A DNA stretch of 59,642 nucleotides, the filler included. It is 6 parts of 6 records of this genome, joined end to end, with 100 filler letters (N's around TTAATTAATTAA, not from the genome) between each part and the next. Parts side by side here need not be neighbours in the genome. Positions count along the whole stretch, not along the records: positions 1 to 20,779 come from SRR31156797_862; positions 20,880 to 27,307 come from SRR31156797_876; 4 more parts are not named here. The stretch is one strand, 5' to 3'. The notes under the pieces were generated by a model, which was given only the letters and a program-made list of their open reading frames with translations, searched no databases and was not told the origin of the DNA. The translations under genes and the position numbers were made by a program. Below are positions 10,333-20,979 of this stretch, piece after piece. Numbering within the stretch: the first letter of the stretch is position 1; each line of letters begins with the position of its first letter.

Positions 10333-11130
10333 TTGATGAAAAATTGTGCTAAAAAGATAATACTGCTCATTATTCTATGTGTAATTTTAATTTTGTCTGG
10401 ATGTACAAAAGTGACTTTGACAGTGGATATTGACAACCAATACAATACTTCATATTCTTTGGAAGTAATTGTGGATACATCCAAAAGCAATGCACAGGAA
10501 GTCCAAAGCATCTCTTCATCTCTAGGTGAGTTATCTAACTATTATATGGAAAACGGCTATACAACAGATATTACACTAGATAATAATGATCTGAAATTTT
10601 CAGCAATAAAATCCACACAATGCAGTAATTACACAGAGTGTTTTGAGGTACTATATGAGTATATGACGAGTGAGACTTCGCCTCTTCAAGACTACAATTA
10701 TGAGTTGAACCAGCATCATTTCTATTATGAATATGTAATTGATGGTAACGTTAATACCAATAATATTGTCAGTACTTCTGCATATACAGCTCTGCCTAGT
10801 GAGATTAAGTCTGAAGTTGATGAAAAGCTGACCCAAGGGGATTTCAAGCTAGTATTTAATTTGCCCAATCAGACAACCTTAAGTGAGGATGCTAGAAGCA
10901 AGGCAATAACAAATATCAATATACCTTTGAATAAAGTAACAAATTTTCATGTTGAAGGTAAAATCAACAATGAGGAAAATTTATCCGACAGTAAAACGTA
11001 TATTGAGTCTGCTGATTATTATAAGAATTTGGTTATAGTCTTTAGTGTAATCATCGGTATACTTTTAGTAATTATTATTTTTGCGCTTATTAAGTTCTCT
11101 CCTAAGAAAAAAGAATCAGTAAAATACTAA
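10333..11130 (+). CDS. Putative lipoprotein with C-terminal TM anchor (LppM-like)
   Basis: Lipobox LSGC after a hydrophobic leader; C-terminal TM plus basic tail. Confidence 0.6.
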   Translation: MMKNCAKKIILLIILCVILILSGCTKVTLTVDIDNQYNTSYSLEVIVDTSKSNAQEVQSISSSLGELSNYYMENGYTTDITLDNNDLKFSAIKSTQCSNYTECFEVLYEYMTSETSPLQDYNYELNQHHFYYEYVIDGNVNTNNIVSTSAYTALPSEIKSEVDEKLTQGDFKLVFNLPNQTTLSEDARSKAITNINIPLNKVTNFHVEGKINNEENLSDSKTYIESADYYKNLVIVFSVIIGILLVIIIFALIKFSPKKKESVKY

Positions 11131-11230
11131 CATGTTCAAATTCTGTTAAAATGATTACAAATTCGTTAAGATGTGATATAATTATCTGTATTACAGAGAA
11201 ATCAATATTATGTTTTCGAAAGGTAATCAA

Positions 11231-12328
11231 ATGAAATTTTTTGATAGATTTAAGAAAAAGGATCAAGATAACGATCTTAAGTCCATTTTTACAGATTTAG
11301 ATGGTAAAAAGCCAAACCAATCCAAATACAATAATTCTAATAATTTTAAAAGCGAGACAGATAAAGGTAAGAATTCTTTTTCCGATGATAGAGTGAAGTA
11401 CAAGACCTATGATCCATATTCTTCGGATAATCCAGAAGATACAATAGGTGCTGGTGAAGCTGATGTTATTACTGATGATGTAATTAATTCTGTACTAGAC
11501 AGTATTACTAATCAGAATATTGTAAATGAGGCTGATGATTTTGCCGTTGAAGATGAAGCAACTATTATTGATATTAGTGATGACGAGCAAGTAGATTTGG
11601 AATCAGAAGATTCTGATAATGCTTTAGATAAAGATGATGAATCAGAAGGCGTTGAAGTAGAATTCCCCAGTGAAAATGAACAAAACGAAGTAATAGACAT
11701 TACAGATGATATTGTAGAAGAAGAGCAGGAATCTAGTGAGGATAAAGAGATCTATGAGAGTCTCTTTCAGGAAACTACAGTTGTTGGAACTCAGATATTT
11801 ACCAATGATATTGACAATCAGCTAAATGGTTTTAACTATTCAACTGATATTAACTATCGTGTAGGTATGGAGGAAAGCGGTATCGGCTCAATCTTTACAA
11901 TCACAAAGAAAGAGCTGGAAAGTCCAATAAATATTAAGCGTAGTCATACAATTGACGAAATTGAATATTATAATGATTTAGCAGGTATGGGCTATTCATT
12001 TGCGGCAGTCTGCGGTACAAGTGTACAAGGCATTGTCATATGTGAGCCACAATACTGGAATAATACAATGGCTATCAGGCATATTACTGTAGTTAAGGAT
12101 GCAAGAAAGCAGGGAATTGCGAAGCAGCTGCTTCAGAAAATAATTGAAACAGCACAGCATAATGGCTTCCGTGGAATACAGGCTGAGGTCAACTCAAAGA
12201 ACGGTGCAGCTATTGAATTCTTCCTTCACAATTATTTTCATATTACGGGAACTAACACAACATTGTATTCAAACAGCGATTTGCTGAAAAATCAGGTAGG
12301 TATATTTTTGTACAGATCAATTATATAA
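11231..12328 (+). CDS. GNAT N-acetyltransferase with long acidic N-terminal extension
   Basis: C-terminal GNAT motif A (VVKDARKQGIA) and NGAAIEFF; D/E-rich N-terminal half; alternative start 11210. Confidence 0.75.
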   Translation: MKFFDRFKKKDQDNDLKSIFTDLDGKKPNQSKYNNSNNFKSETDKGKNSFSDDRVKYKTYDPYSSDNPEDTIGAGEADVITDDVINSVLDSITNQNIVNEADDFAVEDEATIIDISDDEQVDLESEDSDNALDKDDESEGVEVEFPSENEQNEVIDITDDIVEEEQESSEDKEIYESLFQETTVVGTQIFTNDIDNQLNGFNYSTDINYRVGMEESGIGSIFTITKKELESPINIKRSHTIDEIEYYNDLAGMGYSFAAVCGTSVQGIVICEPQYWNNTMAIRHITVVKDARKQGIAKQLLQKIIETAQHNGFRGIQAEVNSKNGAAIEFFLHNYFHITGTNTTLYSNSDLLKNQVGIFLYRSII

Positions 12329-12355
12329 ACGACGCTATTATATTTGGGAGAAATT

Positions 12356-13240
12356 ATGGAGAAATTTATTGTAAATAACTGCGAAGCGGAATTAGCTGCC
12401 TATAAGTGGTGCGTAGATGAGCCGGTAAGTCAATTGATTATTGTTCACGGCTTAGCAGAACATGCAAAAAGATATGATGATTTTGCTAGATTTCTTAACA
12501 AGAGTAACATTAATGTTTATTCAATGGACTTGCGGGGGCATGGAGAGAGTCTGCCTGAAGGATTGGGTATATTCTCTATAAAAGAGGGCTGGAATGCTGT
12601 AACTGATGATATAGACATACTCTATGATTATGCTAAAGAAGCATATCCTGACCTTGAAATCACTCTGTTTGGTCATTCTATGGGCTCAATATACGCAAGA
12701 GCTTTACTTATGCAAAATCGCAGAGAATACAATAAATGCGTATTGTCAGGTGTAACAGTATCCAAACCTGGGCTTAGAGATATTGCACCATTTATCACTT
12801 CAGTTGTCAGAAAAGATAAGCCATCAAAATGGCTTAATAATATGACATTTGGTGAATACAACAAGGGATTTAAACCTGCTAATACGGACTTTGACTGGCT
12901 TTCACGAGACGAAAAGCAGGTAAAGAAATATGTTGATGATGAACTTTGCGGATTCGTACCAACTGGTTCAATGTTCAAGGATGTTGCAAATCTGCTGCTC
13001 TTTACTCTCAAAAAAGATAATATAAAAAATATGCCAAAGTCAACACCTATATTTATTGTAAGTGGTGCAAAAGACCCAGCCGGAAGCAATGGATATGATG
13101 CAAAATTTCTTTACGATTCATATAGTAAAAATGGTATTGATGTAAAGTATAAATTGTATGAGGACGCAAGGCATGAGCTGGTAAACGAAACAAACAACAA
13201 GGATGTTTACAGCGATATCTTAGAATTTATAGCAGGATAG
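12356..13240 (+). CDS. Alpha/beta hydrolase (lysophospholipase/monoglyceride lipase family)
   Basis: HGLAEH, DLRGHG, GHSMG nucleophile elbow, RHELVNE. Confidence 0.9.
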   Translation: MEKFIVNNCEAELAAYKWCVDEPVSQLIIVHGLAEHAKRYDDFARFLNKSNINVYSMDLRGHGESLPEGLGIFSIKEGWNAVTDDIDILYDYAKEAYPDLEITLFGHSMGSIYARALLMQNRREYNKCVLSGVTVSKPGLRDIAPFITSVVRKDKPSKWLNNMTFGEYNKGFKPANTDFDWLSRDEKQVKKYVDDELCGFVPTGSMFKDVANLLLFTLKKDNIKNMPKSTPIFIVSGAKDPAGSNGYDAKFLYDSYSKNGIDVKYKLYEDARHELVNETNNKDVYSDILEFIAG

Positions 13241-13252
13241 TAAAAGGAACAT

Positions 13253-13528
13253 ATGATAAAAATCTGGGTAAGACTTATAAAACGCAATAAAATATTAAGC
13301 AGTCACATGCTGACTTATGAAAATGAAGAAGCAAGCTTGGAACTATACCTCAATGCTCTGCATGATATTTGCAACACTTTGGATATCGAGAATCCGATTA
13401 TTCTAAAAAAACATGAAATGGATATGGTTAATTTTGGACTGACATCTTTTCTGCCTACAGACTTCATGGACAGAGTAGAATTCGATCGTATGGAGATTGA
13501 AATATTTATTGAAAAGGAAGAGAAATAA
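13253..13528 (+). CDS. Small hypothetical protein
   Basis: AAGGA RBS, co-directional with the hydrolase, resembles small Clostridia proteins. Confidence 0.65.
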   Translation: MIKIWVRLIKRNKILSSHMLTYENEEASLELYLNALHDICNTLDIENPIILKKHEMDMVNFGLTSFLPTDFMDRVEFDRMEIEIFIEKEEK

Positions 13529-13685
13529 ATTATGCTGGTTATTTTTAACGATTTGATTAAAGCCTGCTGTTAGTATATAATACCAGTAATAATGTGACAG
13601 AAGTGTTATGAAAATGTAACAAATATATTATAAAACCTGTGAAATTACAGTGTTATTTTGGGAATATGAGAGGATAATATAGAAA

Positions 13686-14786
13686 ATGCTTAATGGAAAG
13701 ATAAACCACAAGGTTGCAGCAATAAAGACAAAACCAGAAACAGTAATTGAAGACATCAAAAAAGTTATGCGATTGGCAGAGTATGAAAAATACTTTGATA
13801 AGAGTAAAACAGTAATATTAAAGAACAATATTTCATGGCACTTCCCCTTCCCTGGAGCCAATACAACTCCTTGGCAGCTAGAGGGCGTAATACAATGTCT
13901 TAAAGAAGATGGATTCGAAGATATTGTATGTGTACAGAACAAGACAGTTGTTACAAACGCTCACAAAGGTGAACGATTAAACAAATATTTAGGAGTGCTT
14001 GAAAAATATAATGTCCCGATTCTGTATAATTTCAAAGAGGAAGATATGAAATGGGTTGAGTATAAGCCAAAGGCAAAGATGCTTGTGCTTGACAAGGTAT
14101 TCCCAAAGGGAATTATGATATCTGATTACTTCTTTGATAAGAATGTACTGCATCTGCCTACGGTAAAGTGCCATATATATACAACTACAACTGGTTCTAT
14201 GAAGAATGCATTCGGCGGATTATTAGGTACATCCCGGCATTATTGTCATTCTGAAATTCATAAGACTTTGGTCGATTTGCTTAACATTCAGTATGAAATT
14301 CACTCTGGTGTATTTGCCATGATGGATGGCACTACAGCAGGCAATGGACCAGGTCCAAGGACAATGAAACCAGTGAAAAAAGATTATCTGCTGGCATCAG
14401 GCGATCAGGTAGCGATAGATGCAGTTGCTGCACATATGATGGGATTTGACCCAATATCAGATCTGGAATATGTTCGTGAAGGCGATAAAGCCGGATTAGG
14501 CGAGGGCGACTTTGATGATATTGAAATAGTAGGCGACGATGTATCAGGTGAAAGCTGGGGATTTGAAGTTGGTGACAATGTAGCATCATCAGTAGGTGAT
14601 ATGTTCTGGTTCGGACCGCTGAAATTCCTTCAGAGAATAATGTTCCACACTCCGATTGTTAATATATTTATCATTGGTTCTGCTGTGTATCATGACAATA
14701 TTCACTATCCTTTAAAAGGTAAACCAATTGTAAAAAAATGGCTCAATGAGTCACCGTGGGGTCATTTATTTCAAGAGTATAAATAA
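13686..14786 (+). CDS. DUF362 family (Fe-S associated) protein
   Basis: ILKNNISW, LPTVKCH, SMKNAFG, DGTTAGNGPGP, DQVAIDAVAA. Confidence 0.85.
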   Translation: MLNGKINHKVAAIKTKPETVIEDIKKVMRLAEYEKYFDKSKTVILKNNISWHFPFPGANTTPWQLEGVIQCLKEDGFEDIVCVQNKTVVTNAHKGERLNKYLGVLEKYNVPILYNFKEEDMKWVEYKPKAKMLVLDKVFPKGIMISDYFFDKNVLHLPTVKCHIYTTTTGSMKNAFGGLLGTSRHYCHSEIHKTLVDLLNIQYEIHSGVFAMMDGTTAGNGPGPRTMKPVKKDYLLASGDQVAIDAVAAHMMGFDPISDLEYVREGDKAGLGEGDFDDIEIVGDDVSGESWGFEVGDNVASSVGDMFWFGPLKFLQRIMFHTPIVNIFIIGSAVYHDNIHYPLKGKPIVKKWLNESPWGHLFQEYK

Positions 14787-14789
14787 TTT

Positions 14790-15257
14790 ATGAGACGAAA
14801 AGACAAACAATTGACAAAAGAAGATGCCTTGGATATGCTTAAGCAGTCCAAGGTTATTAGTATAGGAATAAATACAGACAAGTATCCATACGTTGTACCG
14901 CTTAATTATGCCTGTGAAATTGTAAATGGAGAGGTGAAACTCTATATCCACTGTGCTAAAGAAGGCAGAAAGATAGAACTGCTAAGACAAAATCCTAATG
15001 TAGGGTTTGTAGTACATAGTGATACAGGATTTACTTATGCAGATGAGACTGCAAAGTGCTCTACGATATATAAAAGCGTTATTGGTACAGGTAAAGTATT
15101 CTTTGTTGAGGATAATGATAAGAAGATATCTGCACTGTCTATACTGATGAAAGAATTAGTGGGCAGAGAAGTAAATCAATTTCCGCAGCAGGTGGTAGAT
15201 AAGACAATGATTCTGGAGATTAAGGTTAATGGATTTGAGGGAAAAGCAAGCAGTTAG
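14790..15257 (+). CDS. Pyridoxamine 5'-phosphate oxidase-like (NimA-like) flavin-binding protein
   Basis: MRRKDK start, YPYVVPLNY, YIHCAKEGRK, YKSVIGTG. Confidence 0.88.
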   Translation: MRRKDKQLTKEDALDMLKQSKVISIGINTDKYPYVVPLNYACEIVNGEVKLYIHCAKEGRKIELLRQNPNVGFVVHSDTGFTYADETAKCSTIYKSVIGTGKVFFVEDNDKKISALSILMKELVGREVNQFPQQVVDKTMILEIKVNGFEGKASS

Positions 15258-15278
15258 ACTTGTATAGAAAGGTAAGAT

Positions 15279-16781
15279 ATGACATTGGATTCAAGTACTG
15301 ATACAAAACCTATTGTTAGGAATCTATATTCCTTCGCAATAGTTATGATGATGATATTTCCAGTCTTTATGAAAGGCATGCTGACAAACGAAGAAACAAG
15401 GATTGGGTTAGCTATTCTGATAGTTACTGCACTAGGTGTGATAGCTGACAAGATAACTAATAAAGATATATCCATTCATATGTCAATATCCAAGCTGGGA
15501 CTAATAATGATGTGCGGAGCATATTTGTTCTCACTAAAAGGAGCAGCAAATAATGTAGACGCTATGTATGAGTGGCTCAAATATGTGGCACTTATAAGTA
15601 TGGTAATAGTATTAAACAATACACATATAAAGCAAAAAACAAAGATGGCTGCACTAAAGGCAATATATTTTGGTGGCGTAATTGCAGCAATAATTGGTGT
15701 GGATACAATATCAACAGGCAAAGCAATAGCTCTGGTAAACTGGATGATGGGCTTTGTTGGTCTAAAGTACGGGACTTTACAGGGAACACTAAATGATTTC
15801 CGTATGTGTTCAATATTCGAGTACTGTAATGTTTATGGCACATTCACCATGATTAGCTTTATGGTTGGTATAATTCTTATTATAAACGAGAAGAAATTAT
15901 TCCCGAAGATGGTAGTTTCATCCCTGCTGTTTATCCAGCTGTACTTATTCACACTTACACTAAGCAGAGGAGCATATCTGGTATGGGGACTGGCACTTAT
16001 AGTATTGCTCTTTACATCAAAAGGTTACAGGCTGAAGATTGTATTTGCTTCGCTTCCTGCATTTTTATCAATGATAGTAATGCTCGCAGTGACTCTTGGA
16101 CAGTATAATGCACACGCATTTCCAATTGACAGAATATGGAGCTATATAATAGTGCTGACTGTGATTTCATTTGTAATGAGTATAGTGCTTCATTTCATCG
16201 AAAAGGGATTGGTAAAGCATGAAACAAAACCATTGTCAAAGGCATTAAGTGCAGTATTTATGGCGGGAAGCGTTCTGGTAATAATAGCTATTATTTTGGT
16301 TGTTACACAAAAGACTATTGGAGACAGGCTTGATACGGTATTTATGGATGATAACTCGGCATACAGAGCCTATTATTATGATACTGCATACAGGATATGG
16401 AGAGCGTATCCGCTCTTTGGTGCCGGTGGTGGAGCATTTGCTGAGCTAAACCAACAGTTTATGGTAAAAGAACATGATGTGGCTACTTATACCCACAGTT
16501 ATTTCTTCCAAGTTCTCGCTGAAAGCGGTTTTGCTGGTATAATTGGATTGGGTGTGCTGATATTTGCCCAGATAAGGGCGATACTTAAGAATTTCAGGAA
16601 GAAATTTACCTCAGTTGAGGATTTCACAGCTTATGCATTTGCAATAACGTCAGGAGGAATGCTGCTTCACAGTATGATGGAATACACATTTAGCTTTTTT
16701 TACATATTCGTAATTTTTATATTGATGCTGACATTTTCAGATAAATCTAAAAAATATGACTTAACACAGAAAAATAAATAA
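15279..16781 (+). CDS. O-antigen ligase family membrane protein
   Basis: Multi-TM; TLSRGA, R...PLFGAGGGAF, THSYFFQVLAESG, LLHS motifs. Confidence 0.85.
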   Translation: MTLDSSTDTKPIVRNLYSFAIVMMMIFPVFMKGMLTNEETRIGLAILIVTALGVIADKITNKDISIHMSISKLGLIMMCGAYLFSLKGAANNVDAMYEWLKYVALISMVIVLNNTHIKQKTKMAALKAIYFGGVIAAIIGVDTISTGKAIALVNWMMGFVGLKYGTLQGTLNDFRMCSIFEYCNVYGTFTMISFMVGIILIINEKKLFPKMVVSSLLFIQLYLFTLTLSRGAYLVWGLALIVLLFTSKGYRLKIVFASLPAFLSMIVMLAVTLGQYNAHAFPIDRIWSYIIVLTVISFVMSIVLHFIEKGLVKHETKPLSKALSAVFMAGSVLVIIAIILVVTQKTIGDRLDTVFMDDNSAYRAYYYDTAYRIWRAYPLFGAGGGAFAELNQQFMVKEHDVATYTHSYFFQVLAESGFAGIIGLGVLIFAQIRAILKNFRKKFTSVEDFTAYAFAITSGGMLLHSMMEYTFSFFYIFVIFILMLTFSDKSKKYDLTQKNK

Positions 16782-16796
16782 TATTAGGAGAATACC

Positions 16797-18734
16797 ATGC
16801 AGTATGTTTACTTAATTATGTTCTTAGTGAGTGGATATTATATATCTACTAGGATAAAAATATCTATTGAACATGGTGTGTTTATGTTTGCATGTTCTTC
16901 TTTTACTGTCTTGTTTTTACTGGGGCTTGCAGGCGCATTACAGGCAGGGGTAGGGTTGATATTTGGCTTTACATTTGTTTCATTTATTTTGTCAATTACT
17001 CATATTGTTAAGAACAAACCAAAATTATCAACAATATTCACTCCGGGTATTGTGATGATAATCATTGTCTTTATCACATATAGTATTGCTACCAATGGTG
17101 CTAGGATGTATCATTGGGATGAGGCAACACACTGGGGTACTACAGTAAAATATATTTATACGACAAATAAACTGTGGACATCTGGTCTACAAACCATTGG
17201 AATGCCGCTATTTAACTATTTAATTACGCAGGTAGCAGGGTACTCAGAGGATTTGCTTTATTTAAGCCAATGGTTCTTTCAGTGGATTTGCTTAAGCCTG
17301 ATAGTATCTCATGTCACATATAAGAATTGGATAAAAATAATAATCTTTGCCGTTGGTTCATATCTAGGCATAGCAACTATGATGTATTCTGGTCAGATAG
17401 CCCTGTATGCAGATATTGCTTTGGGTATAATGTCTGCAGGAATACTACTATCATGGTATTTTTCTAAACATCTTATTGAAAAAAATATTATTTGGTTAAC
17501 TCCTGCACTGTTTATGCTGGCACAGATGAAAAGTGGTACTGGTACGGCATTAAGCATAATTGTGCTAATAATAATTATGATTCTTAGCATGTATAATAAG
17601 ATTGAAAAGAAAAAATTAGTACTCTTATTAATACCAATGTCAATGATCTTTTTATCAGCTATACTTGCAGGCGGATTGTCAGATAGATTTTTGGGAGCAA
17701 TTGAGGGGAGAACAGGCAGCCTTGGGGAGATGCTCTTAGGCAGCAATTGGACTTATATAGCCATTGCTCTGACTATAGTTGCAATTATTTGTACTGGCTT
17801 CTTTCTATACAGGAAATATAAGAAACAGCCTGTAGCAGTTTTATTAGGGATAATTCCAGCAGTAGTATGCTTTATTGCTTGGATAGCAGTGGGAATTGCA
17901 GTTGGCGGTATGCGAGAAGGTATAGACATTCTAATGGTTGGGAGAACATTCCTGGGCTCTTATGGTAATCGGCTGGCCGTGTATATACCTATCTGGTTTA
18001 TGATTTTAAGTATATTTGTCGGCACAGTTTATCAGCTTAGTATAAAAACCGATAAAAAGAAAAATATACTGTTCTATAGTCTAATATGGAGCACAGGAGT
18101 TATCTATACCATTAGTATATTCCTGTCTTATATACTGGTATTTTCAGCCTTTGAAGCGAGCACATGTGCATCATTTGAACGATATATGGCGACAATCCTT
18201 ATATTTCTATTTATTAGCCTGCTGGCAAGTATATTCTTTACAGATGAAGAAAAGAATGTTCAAAAATCCAAGATACTGATGATTGTATTATTAGGGGTAT
18301 TTGCTCTGGTCACACTTATGTATCCCAAGGAGCAGAAAACTAGGTCTCTGGTTGCATATTCTAAGGAATTTACATCAACATTTAGAGATGAGCTGGCATA
18401 CAGTACACGTATTATAAATGAAAGTGTGCCTTTGGATGAAAAGGTATTTATCATAATTCAGGATGATGAGGGGTACTTGTACAATTGGTTTAAGTATGAG
18501 TTAGCACCCAGAAAAATAAATGGGGGTTACTGGAACTTTACAGGCAGTATGCTAAAGGATGACGGTGCCGACTGGCTCCTGGATTTTATGGAAGAGCAAG
18601 AGTACGATTATCTGTATATACATTACAGTTCTCCACAGCTAGAGAAAGCACTTGACAGTATATTTGAACCTGAAGTTATGGAAATCTCGTTTTATAAGCG
18701 TACAAATGATAGATTTGTTTTATACACAAACTGA
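16797..18734 (+). CDS. Polytopic membrane protein, GT-C glycosyltransferase-like
   Basis: More than 12 TM segments; loop motif HWDEATHWG; FERY; soluble C-terminal domain. Confidence 0.6.
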   Translation: MQYVYLIMFLVSGYYISTRIKISIEHGVFMFACSSFTVLFLLGLAGALQAGVGLIFGFTFVSFILSITHIVKNKPKLSTIFTPGIVMIIIVFITYSIATNGARMYHWDEATHWGTTVKYIYTTNKLWTSGLQTIGMPLFNYLITQVAGYSEDLLYLSQWFFQWICLSLIVSHVTYKNWIKIIIFAVGSYLGIATMMYSGQIALYADIALGIMSAGILLSWYFSKHLIEKNIIWLTPALFMLAQMKSGTGTALSIIVLIIIMILSMYNKIEKKKLVLLLIPMSMIFLSAILAGGLSDRFLGAIEGRTGSLGEMLLGSNWTYIAIALTIVAIICTGFFLYRKYKKQPVAVLLGIIPAVVCFIAWIAVGIAVGGMREGIDILMVGRTFLGSYGNRLAVYIPIWFMILSIFVGTVYQLSIKTDKKKNILFYSLIWSTGVIYTISIFLSYILVFSAFEASTCASFERYMATILIFLFISLLASIFFTDEEKNVQKSKILMIVLLGVFALVTLMYPKEQKTRSLVAYSKEFTSTFRDELAYSTRIINESVPLDEKVFIIIQDDEGYLYNWFKYELAPRKINGGYWNFTGSMLKDDGADWLLDFMEEQEYDYLYIHYSSPQLEKALDSIFEPEVMEISFYKRTNDRFVLYTN

Positions 18735-18744
18735 TAGGAGAAGA

Positions 18745-18813
18745 ATGAATACGAAATTACTAAAGAAAATCTGGCTAGAAGAAGAAAAGCAATCTATGAA
18801 AGGCTGGATTTGA
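18745..18813 (+). pseudogene. 5' remnant of a probable class I SAM-dependent methyltransferase
   Basis: AGGAG RBS then MNTKLLKKIWLEEEKQSMKGWI*, resembling the W..EE....GWDF N-terminus of Firmicutes methyltransferases. Confidence 0.45.
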
Positions 18814-19054
18814 TTAATTTTGGTATACGTTTAGTAAATGTCAGGTATGCTAAACAAATACATCCAAATAGTACTAATGTATATAGAGTGAATTTTAAAA
18901 TATTTAATAAACCACCTATGAATAAAATTGAAATAATGGATGAAAAAGTGAAAATTGATATAAATGATCCCTTGATTTTAAGCTTTTCTATTGAAAATAA
19001 TATTAATCCCATTGAAGAGCCAATCAGTAGTAAGTACTTTATAATTCTAATCGT
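18794..19054 (-). pseudogene. 5' remnant of a membrane protein resembling the N-terminus of 16797-18734
   Basis: About 3 TM segments (IIKYLLIGSSMGLILF..KLKIK..FSSIISILFIGGLLNIL) ending abruptly. Confidence 0.4.
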
Positions 19055-19406
19055 TAATACTATACAATTTAACTACCATCATTCTACAATATATTTGTCA
19101 AGTTATAGATTGTTTGGGGCAGCGTTTAAAATATCATATTAAGAACTCCAGCAGAAATTCTTTTATACAGACAATTGTAGTGATATATCTTTTCTAGATA
19201 TACTAACAGCAAGGATTAAAATCTCATTGTTTTTATGTTAAAACTTTGATACTAAAGCATACCATAATAAGCTTATTAAATATATTTCAGAGCTGCATGC
19301 CTATCTCGATTCTCTTGTATAAAAAATAACTTGATTGATGAACAGCAAAATAATATAAGGGGAATTTAGCAAAATCGTAGTTAGATTTGCCTATTATTAG
19401 CTAAAG

Positions 19407-20600
19407 TTACTGAATCAACATATCAGATATGATATTGTATACTTTATCCACTATTGTATAGCTCTTCATCCACTGAGTAGGTCCCAGGACTACACTAAGT
19501 ATACAAGCAATTATTATAATGTATTTGAGAGATTGTATTTTGCTGTTTATTTTGTCTTGGATTTCTTTATCTACAGCATATACTACTAGCAATACTACGA
19601 AGTTATTAATTACGATATATCCTAACCATCTCATAGTATCTACAGCAATCAAATATGCTATAGTAGTTGAGAAACTCAGAAGTATTGTAATAGAGTATGC
19701 ACACTTTTTTTCTCTATTTGAATTGGATATTATACATTTCCACACACTAGCACTTACATATATAGTAGGGATCATCAGAATTATTGTTGCAATCAGATGT
19801 ATTGTTTTATCTAAAGTAAACTTATTTAATGTGTACATGATTTTTTCTGCTATTGGCATATAATATATGCTATAAACGTCATTTGCGGTCACTGCTACTT
19901 CTAATATATTATTGGATACATAGCTATAAAATACTTCTTGGCTTATTGCTGGCTGACCATAATGTATTATTATAATAAAGGTTAATATGCACGGCAGCAA
20001 GAATATAGCTAACTTTCTTGCAGTACTTTTAACTGTATGTTTATTAATTGAAATCACCATCAAAACAGCAAATAGGGTAGGTATAGAATATATTGCATAT
20101 CCCTCATGAATAATCATACCTAAAATCGACAGGATAATAACTACTGGTAAATATATATAGGATTTTAGCTTAAGAGACAGTACAATACATATATAGAACA
20201 GTACATTTAATACTACATCAAGCCTGCCGAACATAGATGATGTTAAATACCATTGTGTTATAAACGACTGGGATACAAATAGAATTAGTAGCAGTAGACC
20301 TGCTTGTGAATTTAGATTTTTCATTATTATAAACATAAAAAGACACAATGAAAGATAATAAATTATAGTTGAAATTGTTCCAATTATTATCATCTCACTG
20401 CTGGTAACACTACCAATAAATGATTGTAATATAGTTCCTAGCAGTCCTCTATATATAAATCCATTGTCATAGTTTACATTCCACTGTAATAGCATCCACG
20501 GATTAGTGTATGTTGGTAGGGTTCTTGGCAAAAATATTAAAATCCCAGCTATTATACATATGCATACGCTCGCTTTTCTAATACTGTTATCATTTCCCAT
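19407..20600 (-). CDS. Polytopic membrane protein, possible GT-C/polymerase-type
   Basis: About 10 TM; GFIYRGLLGT, GRLD, IHEGY motifs; AT-rich. Confidence 0.55.
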   Translation of the reverse strand: MGNDNSIRKASVCICIIAGILIFLPRTLPTYTNPWMLLQWNVNYDNGFIYRGLLGTILQSFIGSVTSSEMIIIGTISTIIYYLSLCLFMFIIMKNLNSQAGLLLLILFVSQSFITQWYLTSSMFGRLDVVLNVLFYICIVLSLKLKSYIYLPVVIILSILGMIIHEGYAIYSIPTLFAVLMVISINKHTVKSTARKLAIFLLPCILTFIIIIHYGQPAISQEVFYSYVSNNILEVAVTANDVYSIYYMPIAEKIMYTLNKFTLDKTIHLIATIILMIPTIYVSASVWKCIISNSNREKKCAYSITILLSFSTTIAYLIAVDTMRWLGYIVINNFVVLLVVYAVDKEIQDKINSKIQSLKYIIIIACILSVVLGPTQWMKSYTIVDKVYNIISDMLIQ

Positions 20601-20779
20601 TTGTACATTGTACCACTATAAGTTTTCAAAGTCTATAATTGATGTTACATTTATCTAATGTTTGAATGATTTGATAATTGCTTGGTAATTGTTTGGAATA
20701 CTCTGATAATATATCATATGGATTCATAGTAAACTGCAATTATATAAAACAAAAGAACCCCATAACGGAGTTCTTCAAT

Positions 20780-20879
20780 NNNNNNNNNNNNNNNNNNNNN
20801 NNNNNNNNNNNNNNNNNNNNNNNTTAATTAATTAANNNNNNNNNNNNNNNNNNNNNNNNNNNNNNNNNNNNNNNNNNNN
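20780..20879. other. Artificial contig linker
   Basis: N44-TTAATTAATTAA-N44 (stops in all six frames). Confidence 0.98.
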
Positions 20880-20893
20880 ATTACTGCGTACAT
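20880..20893 (-). CDS. rplU: 50S ribosomal protein L21, 5' end (partial)
   Basis: ATG TAC GCA GTA AT (MYAVI) with GGAGGTG RBS, leader hairpin and strong promoter. Confidence 0.7.
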
Positions 20894-20914
20894 TGAGTTC
20901 ACCTCCGTATTTTT

Positions 20915-20955
20915 TCGCCAGCAATAGGTTGCTGAATTAGACCTTTGCTGTGCGA
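20915..20955 (-). ncRNA. L21 leader-like hairpin
   Basis: Minus strand TCGC-ACAGCAA-AGGT...ACCT-ATTGCTG-GCGA stem in the rplU 5' UTR. Confidence 0.55.
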
Positions 20956-20979
20956 GCTCCGCTGTTGCGTAGCCGTAGT

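Noticed and set aside
18810-19142. 110-aa plus-strand ORF
   Set aside because: Composition fits the antisense of a membrane-protein remnant; no RBS or motif
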